Origin: Cycas panzhihuaensis | Lineage: Eukaryota > Plantae > Cycadophyta | DNA: 64,000 nucleotides | Assembly: GCA_023213395.1 (NCBI GenBank) | Contig: CM041465.1 | Span: 194,749,741 to 194,813,740 of the forward strand | Direction: 5' to 3' | Part shown: positions 14,601 through 28,112 of the stretch, one piece after another | Position numbering within the stretch: position 1 is the first letter of the stretch | Layout of the letters: each line of letters begins with the position of its first letter | Notes under the pieces: generated by a model | Told to the model about the DNA's origin: nothing | The model's input: only the letters and a program-made list of their open reading frames with translations | Databases searched by the model: none | Position numbers and translations under genes: made by a program

Positions 14601-16420
14601 CACATTTTTTTTTCTTCCCACTATTTTTAAGTCTATAAGCCTCAATTATGCATTTTTAGATGTTACAAATTCATAAGTAGTATTAGATCTACAAAATACA
14701 TGCCCAATGATGAGATATTTCCATTTATAGACACCTAAACACTTATAAAGTTGTCCAATACTCTAGAAAAGTCTCATAAAAAGCGATGTCCAACCTATGT
14801 ATTCAATATTAATTCACTTCTACAAGCTATCAGCTTAGTGATCTATCATCTATACTAATTTCCAAAGCCAAATATAAGTAAAATGTGGTAAAAAAGGCTA
14901 TGATTACTTATCAGGACCATACAAAACCTCTTTGCTCTATTAGTATGTTATCATAACTCTCATAGTAGTCTATAACCTTTGTCCATATCTTAGATCTTCC
15001 TAGTTTTCTATTAAAAACCCCATCTATCTCTATTTCAAATAAAAAATAAGTGAGTAGATAATAATTTACACTAGATCTACAAACTGCCTACATAGCTTCT
15101 CATCATCAAATGACAACCAATAACCTCCAACTTATTGATGGGGTGGAACCCAATAAAATCCAATGAACTTGGTCCTATTATTGCACTCTCGCACTGCCAA
15201 TAGAATTCCTTTACAAAGTATAGGTTCTCTCACAATCAACAAGCTTTGCAGTAAGCTAATAAAATATGAGTTTCTTCAAAATAAGCTAATCCATTTACTA
15301 TACCATCTCATGTTGCAAAACCCTCCTCATCAATCATGATCACTTCATCACATGATAGAGGAATTAATGGACTATGTATCATATCATTAACTTTAATAGG
15401 GTGATCAAGCCTATATCCAAAGTTTTACTCTTAGACTTATGTGTAACACCACCATACATATTAGCAAAGTATACAAATAACAAGTCTAAAATAAATCAAA
15501 TATGTTGCAAACCTCCATGGGATTCGAGATAACTATAATGCCCACACTTTAATTGATTTTTATGCATATGCACCAACATGCTTTAGGATTATAACATTAA
15601 TATGTTCTAGGTGTCATACAAACCATGGCTCAAAACTATCCACAACTTGCAACAAAACCTTGGTAAACAACTAAATTACTCCCTCATTGGTTGCGAATAA
15701 GCATACTTAAAACAAGTTCAAAATAAACCCTTGATAGGTGGACACACTCATAGTCTTATAGTTTAGTTGGGATCAAAACAAGTTTAAACTAAGGTTTTAA
15801 TACCAAATTTAAAAATTAGGGTACAAACAAAGATGGTTATAAAATCACTTGTAAGACATAAATGTCCAATATAGGTCCAAAATCATACAAGATTATAAAA
15901 TAACATAACATAAGAAACTTATAAGAAATGACCACTTCTAAATATATTATGTTAAACTAATACATATTTATAATAAATATCACTAGTTAGCTATCCAGTC
16001 AAAATCCATTATCCACTTGATCAACCAATGATTGATTATATAATGAAGTGTGTACACTATGATCCCTTAGTACGCATTAAAGGGGTGATCACAACAATTT
16101 AATATTCCCATAGGTTAACATTACTTAGCACTAATTTCTTTAATTTTTGCATTTGCAATGATTAGAAGTAGTTGAAATATGATTGAAATTTAATTACCAT
16201 TTTCTATTATAAGGTTTTATTCCAATAGTAGTTAAGGTACTTTTATATAGGTTCATTAGTTAAATTGTCTTACGTATTGTTTAATTCATTAGGACTAGTC
16301 TTTAGCTTTTTTACGATCCTTATTACAAGATTGGCTTCCTTTATCATCATCAAATTCTTGCACTCCTCTTTTTCCTTTATGGCCTTATACCATTATAGTT
16401 ATTTTTTCTAACATTTGATT
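11700..16420 (-). mobile_element. Highly decayed Ty3/gypsy gag-protease-RT N-terminus, split by the 13486-16130 insertion
   Basis: RT remnant PVPNINEYLNELH..YYQI*IKLEDTHKTTFYIKHGH*EFKVIPF (~11715-11900); protease remnants TILVDPINTYNF (~12630-12663) and GVDVVLKSQWL. Gag-like remnants at 12800-13480 and 16140-16420 are weak. Boundaries are approximate. Confidence 0.7.
13486..16130 (-). mobile_element. Small (2.65-kb) internally deleted LTR retrotransposon, probably Copia-derived
   Basis: Direct repeats 13486-13851 and 15808-16130. Degenerate Met-PBS (TTTAATACCA) just left of the right repeat; PPT-like TTCCTCCTTAA just right of the left repeat. TSD CCAAT (13481-85) / CTAAT (16131-35). Only faint integrase and RNase H-like remnants inside. 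Confidence 0.78.
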
Positions 16421-19065
16421 CAACACGAACTATATTATTTAGCTACATGTCCATTGATTCCTTCAGCACATAAATGATAGGCTCAATGACTAGTTTTTGC
16501 ATTTTATGGATCTCCTCTTCACTCTACTTTTCATTTTTAACCTCCATGGTGGTCTTTGCATCTCATATATTTAATAAATAAAATATATGTGGTCTTTAAA
16601 AATTAATTAGAATCCTTTTTTGGGATTATCTTCCTCTTTATTTCTTTTCGTAGGGTTTTGATTTCCTTTAATTTATATTAAAAAAAAAAAAAAATCTCTT
16701 AAAAATATACCAACTTTAATATTTATAAGTAAAACCTTAGAGACTTGATTAAAAATGAAAAATTTGTAATAATCTTTTGTGTTGAATCTACTCATGCCAC
16801 TAGTTCTTATTGAATCAATTACCACTATTCACTATACACACTCCTTGTGATGGGATGAGCTTTGAGGTGATGTTAGGCCAAGGCTGATATTGCTATTAAA
16901 TAAAACCATAGATGTAAGGTGTTATGTACATTATGGTATCAAGTACAATATGGTATCAACTCTGCCTAAATCTCCTTTAATATTTATTATGGTCATTTGT
17001 GCACATACTTAATTTCCAAAGGCACCTTCAAAGATAAAGTGATTCCACTCAAGGCATAAGTGGAGAAAGGACATTTAACTATGATTTATAGACCATGTAT
17101 ACATGTTAAATAGGACCAATAAATATAGTTAAATGCTGGGTAATACATAGATGTAGAAAATAAGAAGTATGATGAACTAAATAATGAATGTAAAGACACT
17201 ATAATTAATGATGGGCCAAGTTCCAATCACAAGGGTTGAACCCAATATCTTAAAATCCAATAGCTAGAGGTCCCAAGCCATGATCCAAAAGCACAAATGA
17301 CATGATGGTTATTTCGTTGGAGATGTGTATTACAAGATAAGAGTAGACTTGAGTGTTATGAAATAATTTGCCACAGTATTGAACTTGATATAATACCACT
17401 TGTTATGGCACCAATAAATATATTATTAGATGCAAACTTTAATATTGAGAACACAATATAGGAAATGATTCAAAATTCTTTGATTTTAATTAGAAAAATA
17501 CATGGTGATTAATGTTCCAATACATCAAATATTTATATTTTACCAAAGTGTATCCTACCAAAAATCATTATTTTTCCTTGCCTACTCTATTATTGAAATC
17601 AATGCTCTTTAAAACTACTTAATAACTTAGTAACTTTTATACCATAACATGAAACATTAAAGTTTTTTTGTAAAGTAATAGAAAAAAAAAGAATCTTACT
17701 AAAATCCTAACATTTAACTTTAAGATTCTATATAAAAGGAGAAATATAATGTGGTAGTATATACCTCATTTTACAAAGTTAAAGAATTAAAGACATATGT
17801 AATCATTATAATTATGTTAAATAGGGCATACTAGATACAAACAAGATATGAAAAAATCCAAAAATAGTTAAGATCATCTCTTAACTACAATGAGGGGAAA
17901 AAGAACCCAATGTAAGGTATGAATGAAATATTAAGATTTATGGTATAAGGGGAGACTTTATTTTATGCCTTAATATAAATTCAAATATTGAGTGATGCAA
18001 GAGGTGAATTTATAATCCATAGTAGATTATATTAGATTTTTTAGAAAATGGTTAAAAATTATGTAATCCTTTTACTAGAAGAGTTGGAATATGGACATTT
18101 GGATGTACATATATTAATATGAAGTATTCCAAAGATTAAAAAATATGAGAATGTACTACTAATTCCTGGGGTTGGACCTAATCAATTAAGTTAACTCAAT
18201 GTGAGGATTTACATGATTGAGTTCAATAGGAATCTTCAACCCTTCTTTTGATAAGAAGGGATATTTCTCTAGGAGTGTTTCGAGTGATTGTTACAATGTT
18301 GTTTTAGTTGATTAATCTTTACATTAAATGAAGATAACTTAAAAGAGAATTAAAGAAATAAAAAAAGAAAAATCCTAGGATAAGCCAAAAGCATAATTAA
18401 TTAAGATAACAAGATCCCCCTTTTTATTGGATAGAAAATAAACAATCTCTTGATAGATAAGAGAATGGTTGAAGGTAACTTATTCCCAAATAAGCACCTT
18501 AAAGTTCCTTATTTTTCTACTCTTTCTAAGGTTTACTTAAGAGGGGGAATCCTAGCTTAGACCTCTAGCCCACCTGCAAGGAAGAATTCTATGCCACTCT
18601 AAGCTAGATCAAGGGAGGACTGGTGAGTATGAGGATCTATGTGATCTTGGACCCTAAATTAATTACCCTATTGGGGGTTAGTCATTGAGGACTCTCTTAC
18701 TTGATGCTGATCCACATATAAGAATGGATGACCTAGGGATGCTCACATCTAATTTTGAGGGATTCTAACATTTAGAGGTGAAATAGAGAAAGAAGAAGCT
18801 ACTCTTAACCCAAAATATGATGAGAATTTGTTACTTTTGGCATTCAAAACATGGTTGGAGTATAAAGACTCTCAAAGGAGAGAGAGTTTATACATTAGGT
18901 ATGTTAGAGCCTAATCAATCAAATAATCCTTCATAATGAGATGTATTTATTCTTAAAAGAAGAACAATATTGATATATGAGGGATATCATGTCCTAGTCA
19001 ATCAAATAAGTCCTATCTAATAAGAATAAGATCTAGCTTAAGGTGACCATACAACAAGCATACCT

Positions 19066-22000
19066 GTTTTTTTTTTTATTAGGTACAAATAGAAAGGGTT
19101 TTACAAGGGCCCCAACCCTTTAACAATGGTTGTCTTTCAACGCATAGAATGGCCATGACAAGCCCATAGCCTAGCTAAAACCCTCTGCAAGATCTAGCTA
19201 CCCACCTTATCATGATAAGCCCTTTGGCTAGCTCCCCTGTTGCATCCTAGACATATCCTCGATAACCAGAGTCATAATCTCTTCAAGAATTTCCTCCCTC
19301 CAGAACTAAGAACTATTGTGACTGACCCCCTAGTTAGCTAACTTGTCAGCCATTCCATTTGCCTCCCTATACATATGATGCACTTTAACATTCTCCCATC
19401 TCTTAAGAGCATCATGAATGTCTCTAATTAGAGTATTCACTTTCCAGTCTGGCTCCCTAGACCCTTTGAGAAGATTAATAATGTTTAAGGAATCTCCTTC
19501 TATGATCAACTTCTTGTAGCCTTGCTTAATAGCCATATGCACCACTTTTTGCATGGTTGCTATTTCAACTCTGTGGTTAGTCTACTGCCCATAGTAATCT
19601 ACAAAGGTGCACTTGACCTCCCCTTTAGAGTTTCTACAAATACCCCCCCTCCAGCCTCCCTAGGGTTGTCCTTAGATATTCCATCAAAATTTATTTTCAC
19701 CCATATTTCCATGGGAGGAATCTAGCCACAATTCTTCCTAAGGTCCCTAACTAATCTAGGGGTTGTCCCCTAGATTTCTATTATAGTTCTTTCATGATCT
19801 AGAATGAATTTCTCCTCTTTAGGCTTTATAATTTCCCCTATGATAGCCTTGATCATCCCAAAGGTCCTATGTTTATCCATTTGTCTATCTTGAAAAATCC
19901 TCCTATTTCTCTCCTTCCATAGGTTCCACATTATAACTGGCAAAGATATTCACCACAGGTGGGCCAAGGTACTACTCCTAAAGGAACTAGTTTAAGCCAA
20001 TAACTGATCCTCAAGAGTTCCAAAAGCCACCCACTGAATATCAAATTGAGCCCATATCATCTTCCACACCCTTCTGGAATAGGAGTAATAAAGGAGTATA
20101 TGATTCACTGACTCCTCATCTTCTTGGTAGAGCACACACTAGTTTACCATAACTAGTCCCCTCTTCCTCAAGTTACCCACTGTTAAGATTTTATTCCTAA
20201 GACACAACCACCAAAAAATTACTATCTTAGGGGTCAAGCTCATCTTCCATACCCCCTCCAGGAGTGGGTTCTTCCAGTCTCCTCTTTCCTGGCATAAAAA
20301 TAGGTAACCCTATTTTGCTGAATAATCACATAAAGGGGATGATGGTTAGACCATCAAGCCTGCCCTCAATCTTCTCAGGATATAGCAATGACCAATCACA
20401 TTTTTTAAAGCCTTAATTTGATCTTGGATCTCTTACTTACCTTAGATCTAATGAAAATCCCTCCACGTAGTGACTTGATCCTAGATCTCCCAATAATCCT
20501 TTACTTTAGTACCATAGGTCACTTCACAAAGAACCTACATAGGGCCCACATCGAGATGACCCTTAAGTTTTAGGTCACCACACTACACATCCTCCCAAAA
20601 CTTTATAGTATTACTGTTCCCCAACTTCCACTGCACCCCTACTCCTAAAACCCACCTCATGTGATACATACTTCTCTAAATTGTCGAGCCACAAGGATGA
20701 GGACAACTATCGAATAAGAAGTGCCCCCTATGAAGATACTTATAGGTCATGATTCAATCCCATAAACCCCCCTCTTTCTTAGATAAGTACCATCCCAATG
20801 TTTCCACGAAAGTACTGTTGAAGAAAGATAATCTCTGGAGGTTCAAACCACTCGCCCATCTAGGGTGGCAAACTTTCTCTCAGTCCACCAAATGGATTCT
20901 ATCATTTTCCTCCATTTTAGACCAAAGGAAGTAATTCTAAATAGATTCTAGCATGGATATAATTTAGGTTAGGATCTTGGAAATACATATTAAGTAGATG
21001 GGAATGCTCTAAAGAGAAACAAAAACCAACTAGACCTTACCAGCCTAGCTAAGAAGAGAGCCCTTCCATCCTATTAACTTCCTCTATATCCTATTAATTA
21101 GGGGGTTCTAAAACTCCTTTGATATCTTTCCAGTAAAGAGGGGCATGCCCAAATAAATCATCAAGAGTTTACAAATAGACATCTTAAGAATCCTACTTAT
21201 CTTTTTCTAGACCCTCTCCTTAGTATGCATGAAGAAGATATTACTTTTGTTCAGATTTACCTATTGATTAGTGGCTCTCTTAAACATATCAAGGCCTTCT
21301 TTTAGCATCCATGCTTCTCTCAGTGTATACTTACCTAAGAAAGTATTATTATCAATAAATTGATGATGAACAATATTCTTAATGCCCATAGTAGGCATGA
21401 TCCCTATGATCAGCCCCATTCTCCTAGCCTTCTCTATTGCCCTACCTAATATCTTAGCTAGAATTATAAATAGGTAAGGGGAGATAGGGTCTCCCTATCT
21501 TAGCCCTTTAGATCCTGAGAAAAAATTCATCAATATACCATTCACTATCACCAAGTACTAAGGATTAGAAATACATGACTCCATCCGTTCTTTCCATTCT
21601 CCTTTAAAGCCCAAAGCCTTTAGGCAATCCAATAGGTGGCCCCAAGAGACCCTATCATATGCCTTAGATAGGTCAATTTTAATTGTCATACTTGGCTCTT
21701 TCCTTTGATGGGATAAATGGACCATTTTATGAATAACAACTATGCCATTAGAGATTTGCTTACCCTTGACTAAACCATCTTGGTTAGGGGAAATAATCCC
21801 AGTGAGGATCGTCTTAAGCATGTTGGCCAAAACTTTGGTTACAATCTTATATTTCATGTTGCATAGCCTAATTAGCCAAAAATCCTCCATTCATGTCTGC
21901 TATTCCCCTGACATCTTCCGCTTCTCATGAAACTCCCTCCTAACCTTCATCAAATCTTTCTTAATGATATCCTATATTCCTAAAAAAAAACTAGGAGGAA

Positions 22001-25000
22001 TCCATCCAGGCTAGGTGCTTTCTCCTTTTTCATACTAAATACTACTTTTTAAAACTTCCTTTAAAGTGAATGGGGCCATAAGCATTCTATTATGCTCCTC
22101 ATTCACTAATTCCTTAAAATATTCTATTACTATGTTTTTTATATCATCTCCATTAGTGATTTCCTGCCCTCCTCTATTAAGCAGCTCAGTAATCCTATTA
22201 CTAGATCTATATTTCACCACCATCATATGAAAAGAATTGTCTTTATGTCATCTTCCACTAACAAAAGGGCTCTAAATTTTTTCTTCCAGTGAATCTTCTA
22301 TTTTATTAGAACCTCCTCCAAGTTAAGATCTCTCTCTACCTTGTCTAATGCTTGGGACCTATCTTCCTCCTGTATCCTAGGCTTGACTACTTTTATCTCC
22401 TTGTTAATTTGGTTCTTAACTTTAAAAATATTTTCATGGACCTCTTTGTTCCACTCCTTCACCCTTCTTTTGATGCAATCTAATTTCTTTGAGAACTTAT
22501 ACATAGCGCATCCTATTATCGAGACTTTCCACCATTCCTCGATCAACTCCCCAAGCTTCATATATCTGGTCCACATCAATTAAAACCTAAATGGTGACCC
22601 CACATGCCTTTTTGTATCAAAAAGTTTAAACTACATAGGGGAATGATTTAACATTATCTTTGGGAGGGCTTCCAACCTGAAATCCTTATGACAATTGGTC
22701 TAGGTGTAATTTATTAGCATTTTATCTTATCTCACCTAGATATGATGGTTCTTAGTCCTCTTGTTCATCTAGGTGTATTTAGCTCCTTTAAGGGAGACAT
22801 CCATTAAACCCCCTCTCTGCATAAATGTACCTATATCAATCATGATGTTCATCCATCCTTCTTGGCCCCCTTTCTTCTTGCTAGACAATAGGGTAGTGTT
22901 AAAGTTACTTGTAACCAACCATGATCCTTCTTACTCCATATGCTCCTCTAGGATCTTTTCCCAAAGAACCCTCTTACCTTTTGCTCTAGTAGTGGAATAG
23001 ATATTTATGGCTAGCCACCTTGTATTTGTCCTCTTATAGGTGATCCACATGGATAGGTAGTGCTCTTTTTTCCTAAGTAATTCTCCATGCCAATCCTTAG
23101 GATTCCACAGAATTTCCAGTCCCCCTAACCTAGGATGGCCATCTGTTATTAATATATCTTCCCTCCCCCATATCTTATCTTTTATATTTTCTCTATTTTC
23201 CTTTATCAATTTGGTTTCCTATAGCAATAATACATTTGGCTTCATTTTCATGCATATATCCTTTACTAATCTCTACTTAGAGGGAGTATCCCTCTAATGT
23301 TTAAGGAGATAATCTTCTTCTCTTCCTCCTGGTCCTCTAACGTTCCCCTCCTTCTTTTTTTTGGGGCTTTCTACTCTCATATCTAGTTCTTAATCTTGGT
23401 CCCTCATAAACTCCCTCTTTAAGAGTTCCCTAGCTTCCTTGATCTATTTGCAATGCCACCTCTCTTTCCCTTATTATCCTAAGAGTGGGCCTTCACACTC
23501 TTCTATTAGATCCAACATCTGAGCCTTTATGTTGATTGGTCCTACTTTGTTCCTCTTGGAGGTCCTTACCTTTGACCTTCTAGATCATCTTAGAGCCCCC
23601 TATGGACTCCTGTGCTAGGGTGCCCTGTTCCTCCTCTAACCTTTCCTCTATTTCCTAGGGCGTGTCTTCTCTTTCCATCTATCTCTCTTCCTTCCAGGGA
23701 TCCTCCCCCTCCTTAAAGAGAGTATCTTCATCTTCTAGGTTCAGGATAATCCTTCTTATCTCAAGCACCTTTTAGGGGCCATCTCACCTCTCTTGGGTCT
23801 GGATTATTCCTGGCTCTTTCATTTTAACAACTTGAGGATCTTCTCCCTCTTGTCTCCCCTTATCATCCTTACTTTCCCCTTGGTAGTTTAGTGTGAGGTG
23901 GTCTAATCTTCTACAGGTGGAACATTTGATATTTTCCACTTCATAGATTAAGGATTGCTCCTTGTTCTAATCATTATATTTAATCCTTACACTCTTTGAG
24001 AGGGGTTTGTCAAACCTAGCCAGTACATAAAATTTGGCATTAATCAATTTGCTCCTATTCCTAGTAGCTGAGTTAATGGTTATGAGAGGACTAATAACCT
24101 TCACTACCCCTTTTATAACATGTAAGTACCACACTCATAGAGGCAAGCCTGATAATTGCATCTAGATTGGTGCTTGTTTTATCACTGGCACCATCAGATC
24201 AAAGTCTGGGTGCCATATTCCTAGAAATAGGGCCTTTCTACCAATCACCCAAGGGGATTTTAGAAGAATTCTAACCATATCCTCTTGGTTAGTAAATTTG
24301 AACAAAACACATCCCTTTGGTAGGGCTATCATATCTACTAGGTTCCTCGTCTTCCACCTAGATCTAATCCAGCTCCTTAACATATCAAGCCCAAGTCTAA
24401 GTCTTGAGAACTTGCCCACAAGGCTAATCTCCTAATGCTTTTCCTTTCTTTCTAAAATCTTCTTTAGTATAAGTATTGTAATAATTTGATCTTGCTTTAT
24501 AGGTATTATATCATAGGTTTCAGGTTCCTTATTTCTAAGGGCCTCTAGAATGTCCTTCAAAGAGAGATATTCTATGTCTAGTTATGAGTTATGGTTCCTT
24601 CCACTATTATTTTAATAAACAATCAATAACAAGCATTGCCATCACCTTACAACTTGTTAAAAATATAAATCTCTCACCCATAACACAAAGACATTGGATT
24701 TTGAGGCCTAAACTTTGGTTTTCCTCTGTTCTCTGATACGATTTGATATACTACCAGCCTTGGATTTCTTTAGCTTCTTCTTTTGACCTGAACAAGGTTA
24801 CATCTTTTTCCCTTGAAGGGATCTCTACCATCGTCTAGTCCGCTCTAATCCATATTAGTATGGGAGATGAAGTCCTTCTCTCTCCCTTCTAGTAAATCTA
24901 TGCAACCTTCATGCTACCCCTCAAAACTTTGTCTCCTCTATACTTTCCATGGCAAAGATCTATTTGAAATGCCTCATGTAGCCTGGGCTACTTCTCTTTA

Positions 25001-25156
25001 CATCCTTGAGTAGGGAAAACTTACTCCCCCATGCTCATCTAGGATGGCTCTACATCCTCCACTATCATCCTCGATCACCTGCAATGTAATTGCTACCATT
25101 ACAAACCCTAGTAGAGCTCCTTAATAGTAATTCACCTTATATGGAGAAGTAGGGTA
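19066..25156 (-). mobile_element. L1-clade LINE with C-terminal RNase H, near full length, decayed
   Basis: Poly(A) tail (T run from 19067). ORF2 runs from ~23318 (endonuclease KIIS..NIRG..LL*ETKL) through RT (KIDLSKAYDRVSW; GLR*GDPISPYL; QFIDN) and a zinc-finger region to RNase H (KINFDG..NPREAGGG; IIEGDSLNII; HMYREANGMADKLAN). ORF1 is DUF4283-like (MIALPKGCVLFKF..SPWVIGRKALFL..WHPDFD) at ~23900-24430. Candidate TSD ATACCT at 19060-65 / 25157-62. Confidence 0.92.
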
Positions 25157-25349
25157 ATACCTTAAATAAGCAATAAGAAATTTAAGGTAATACTATATAA
25201 TATAAATACACTTCTATCTTTTTGTTCTTTTCTTTTAAGAAAAATCAAATACACCTAGAGAAAATATAAGAGTTCTTTTACTGCACTTATACTTATCTTA
25301 GCTAATATTTCCTTTGCTTTGACATAAAAAAAAGAACTTAAAATACTTT

Positions 25350-25351
<2 letters not shown>

Positions 25352-25388
<37 letters not shown>
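25352..25388. repeat. (CT)n(AT)n compound microsatellite
   Basis: Read directly; lies inside the partial D-family LTR. Confidence 0.95.
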
Positions 25389-26609
25389 ATTATATAATTT
25401 GGATTAAGAATAAGAGTAAAAAGATAAGTTATGAGTGGAAGAAAACTAACCTAATAGAAGGAACCATTTGGCTGATGAGTTGATTTTAATCTCCAACAAA
25501 GAGAAGAGAGAATACTTTTGCTACTACAATGATTAAAGATCTAACAAACAGATTGAAAATCTTTTCAAGTATTCAAATGTCTTAATAAGAAGGCTAGGTA
25601 AAACAAATATCTATTCTAAGTTCCTTTTTTATCTATATATAAAAAGAGCTCAAAATAAGAAATTCACAATAAACAAACTTACCTAATACTTGAAGAGGTG
25701 TGTAAATATGTCTTTAGCTTTTTAAATACTCCCAAGCTTATCTTGCAAACTAGTTAAAGATGAGAAGGGAATAAAACAAAAAGAGGAGAAAAATAAAATT
25801 GAGGGAAAAGAGGAAAGAGAGAGAAAAAGAAGAGGGATTTGAGAAGAAAAAGGGGATAGTGAAGAAGAAATTAATCCTACTCTAAATTTTGAAGCACTTT
25901 GGAAGAGAAAAGCTTGTTTAAACTCTAGAAATTACCAAATGATCTTTGATCAAAGAAAAGGGCTTCCACTCCTTCAGAATTCTTCAAAACCTAACTTAGT
26001 TTTTAAATCTCTTAACCTACAAAGTCAGGTACAACTTCCAAAGTTTTCCCAAATCTCTTTAAGTCTCACAAAATCTCTCTAGATCTAACTCTCTAAAGGC
26101 CATTCAACCTAGATCTCCAAGAGCTATCTCATCTCTCTCTCTCTAAGCCTCTTGAAAGTTTAACTCTAGTTCTAAGTTGTATGGGAACTTAGGCTACCTA
26201 GGATGTTCATTAAGTTGTTTAGACATGAATGAAGATGGTTGTGGTTAAGAGGTAAATGATTTATATGAGGTTAGTGAAACTAACTATATTGTTATAAATT
26301 ATATCTGTCTATTTACGTAGAATATTTATTTAAAAGGAAAGCTTTTAACCCTTTTTATGTTTTTATATTTTTATATTTTTTTTGTTGTTTTAAATTTATT
26401 GTTCATTGAATGAGATGAAAAAATCTTATATATAAGAGTATACCTACCATATTTTTTCCTCATTAGTAATTAATTTTTGGAGGTGTGGTCACCATAGTTT
26501 TGTCTCTTTAATGATGATCTCATGCCTTATGGGTAATATTACAAGGGTTCATAGGGGTGGTATTTTTAAAAGTTGATTTATGGAAATTATGAGGGCAATG
26601 AAAACATGG

Positions 26610-26907
26610 TGAAAAGGGTTAATGTCATAAGGTCATTACATTAGTTGATTATTTCTAAAAAGGGTCTCAAGTGAACTTTAAATTAGACCACTTAAGTAAA
26701 ATGCTCTTTCATGTGTATTATGTGTAATTTCATTTCACCTAACTCTAATGCTCCCTCTCTTAATATAAAAGTAAAAGCTTAATGGAGGAGATTCATTCTT
26801 ACCTCCCCATTTTGTGAGAGCTACTTTCTTTCTCTCAAGTCTCTCTTACTCCCATATTTGCCTTTTTGTTTAGTGCATGGAGATGAAGGATAGATCCACT
26901 CTTTTCA
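26610..26907 (+). repeat. 5' LTR of Copia A
   Basis: TG..CA termini with a short inverted repeat (TGAAAAG/CTTTTCA), followed by the Met PBS; termini similar to the B LTRs. Confidence 0.85.
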
Positions 26908-28112
26908 TATGGTATCAGAGATTGCTTCCTTCATACTTCTCACTTACACTTGCAATGGAGCCATCACTTCCTTCTACCCCACAATCTATATGGTGAAGGA
27001 GATTGTGAAAGTGGATTTAGAAATATTTTCAAGTTATTATGATATCATATTTTATATTGTTTACTTTCCCTTTCTCCTTTACAGGTTTAGAAGCATAATA
27101 CAAGGAGTTGTAAGGCCCAAGGATTCTAATCCTTTGGTGGCCATTTATACTATCTCATTCTTCTTTTTCTTTCCCCTCTTTTTGTCCATTTAACAAGGGG
27201 AAATGCTACTAGAAATTTTCTAGCATTTAGAAGAATGATTGTAAGGGGAGGTTTTACCCATTTTTTCTAAAGAATTTCAATCCATTTAAAATATCCATCA
27301 TTGTATGCTCTCATCTTTCCCATATTAGGATCCTAGTGATAAAAAAATGATGGAAATTTTATATGGTATCATGTGTTAATGAGATATTAGCAAGCTGAAA
27401 TTTCTGCAGAAATACAATTTGATTACTAAACTTCATAGGTCTGAAAAATCTTCTATAGAGCTCCAATTGAAGTGATTCTAATTATAAAAGATGAGGCTCT
27501 GAGTCTAATTTCTAGAACAAAAATTGGGACCCAATTTGGATGTCGTATGAGGAAGTTATTATTGTTTTAGAGAACAACAATTATTTTTAGTAAGAATTCT
27601 AGAAAAATATAATTTTCTAACTTTACAGGGCTACCAAAAAATTTTCAGAACTCATTTGGACCTGATTCCACTTCCTGAAGATGAAGCTCTAAGTCTAATT
27701 TCCAGCACAAAAACTGGCACTCCATTTCAACATCGTGGGAGAAAGTTATTGCTGATTTAGTGAAGACTACTTTCTTTTATATTAAAAAAAAAAAGTGAAG
27801 AAAATTTCTTCCTTCTTTTTATAAGGCTTAAAAGCCCATTGTAAAAGTGAGAAAAAAACACCTAGATCAGAGAAATATCTGGTGTCCTCAGTCACTTATT
27901 AGCATTGCATTTTAGCACTCTAAAATCACTCAAAGCAAGCACTCTAAAGACACTTTAAGCAAGCACTCCAAAAGCACTCCAAAAGCACTCCAAGCAAGCA
28001 TTCTATTTTCAGTTAAATATACATTTGATGCAATACGATAATCTTTTCACTCTTCCTAAAAGGAACACATCACGTACGCTATTTTCCACCATCTTGTACC
28101 CATTTATATACT

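Larger units (their letters stand above)
18160..26169 (-). repeat. Partial LTR of the element D family (18160-19065 plus 25157-26169), split by a LINE
   Basis: Colinear, same-orientation match to 58835-59740 and 59785-60818 (for example GACCTAATCAATTAAGTTAA, AAGAAAAATCCTAGGATAAGCCAAAA, GAAGCACTTTGGAAGAGAAAA). Similarity stops at TAACTCTAG (26169). Confidence 0.9.

Noticed and set aside
16920-17470. Two TGGTATCA PBS-like words and faint Copia RNase H-like remnants
   Set aside because: Too degraded to define an LTR, boundaries or a domain.
27914-28003. Short repeats as a CRISPR-like array (also 34428-34505 and 50171-50312)
   Set aside because: No constant repeat with unique spacers, no cas genes, and a eukaryotic retroelement context.
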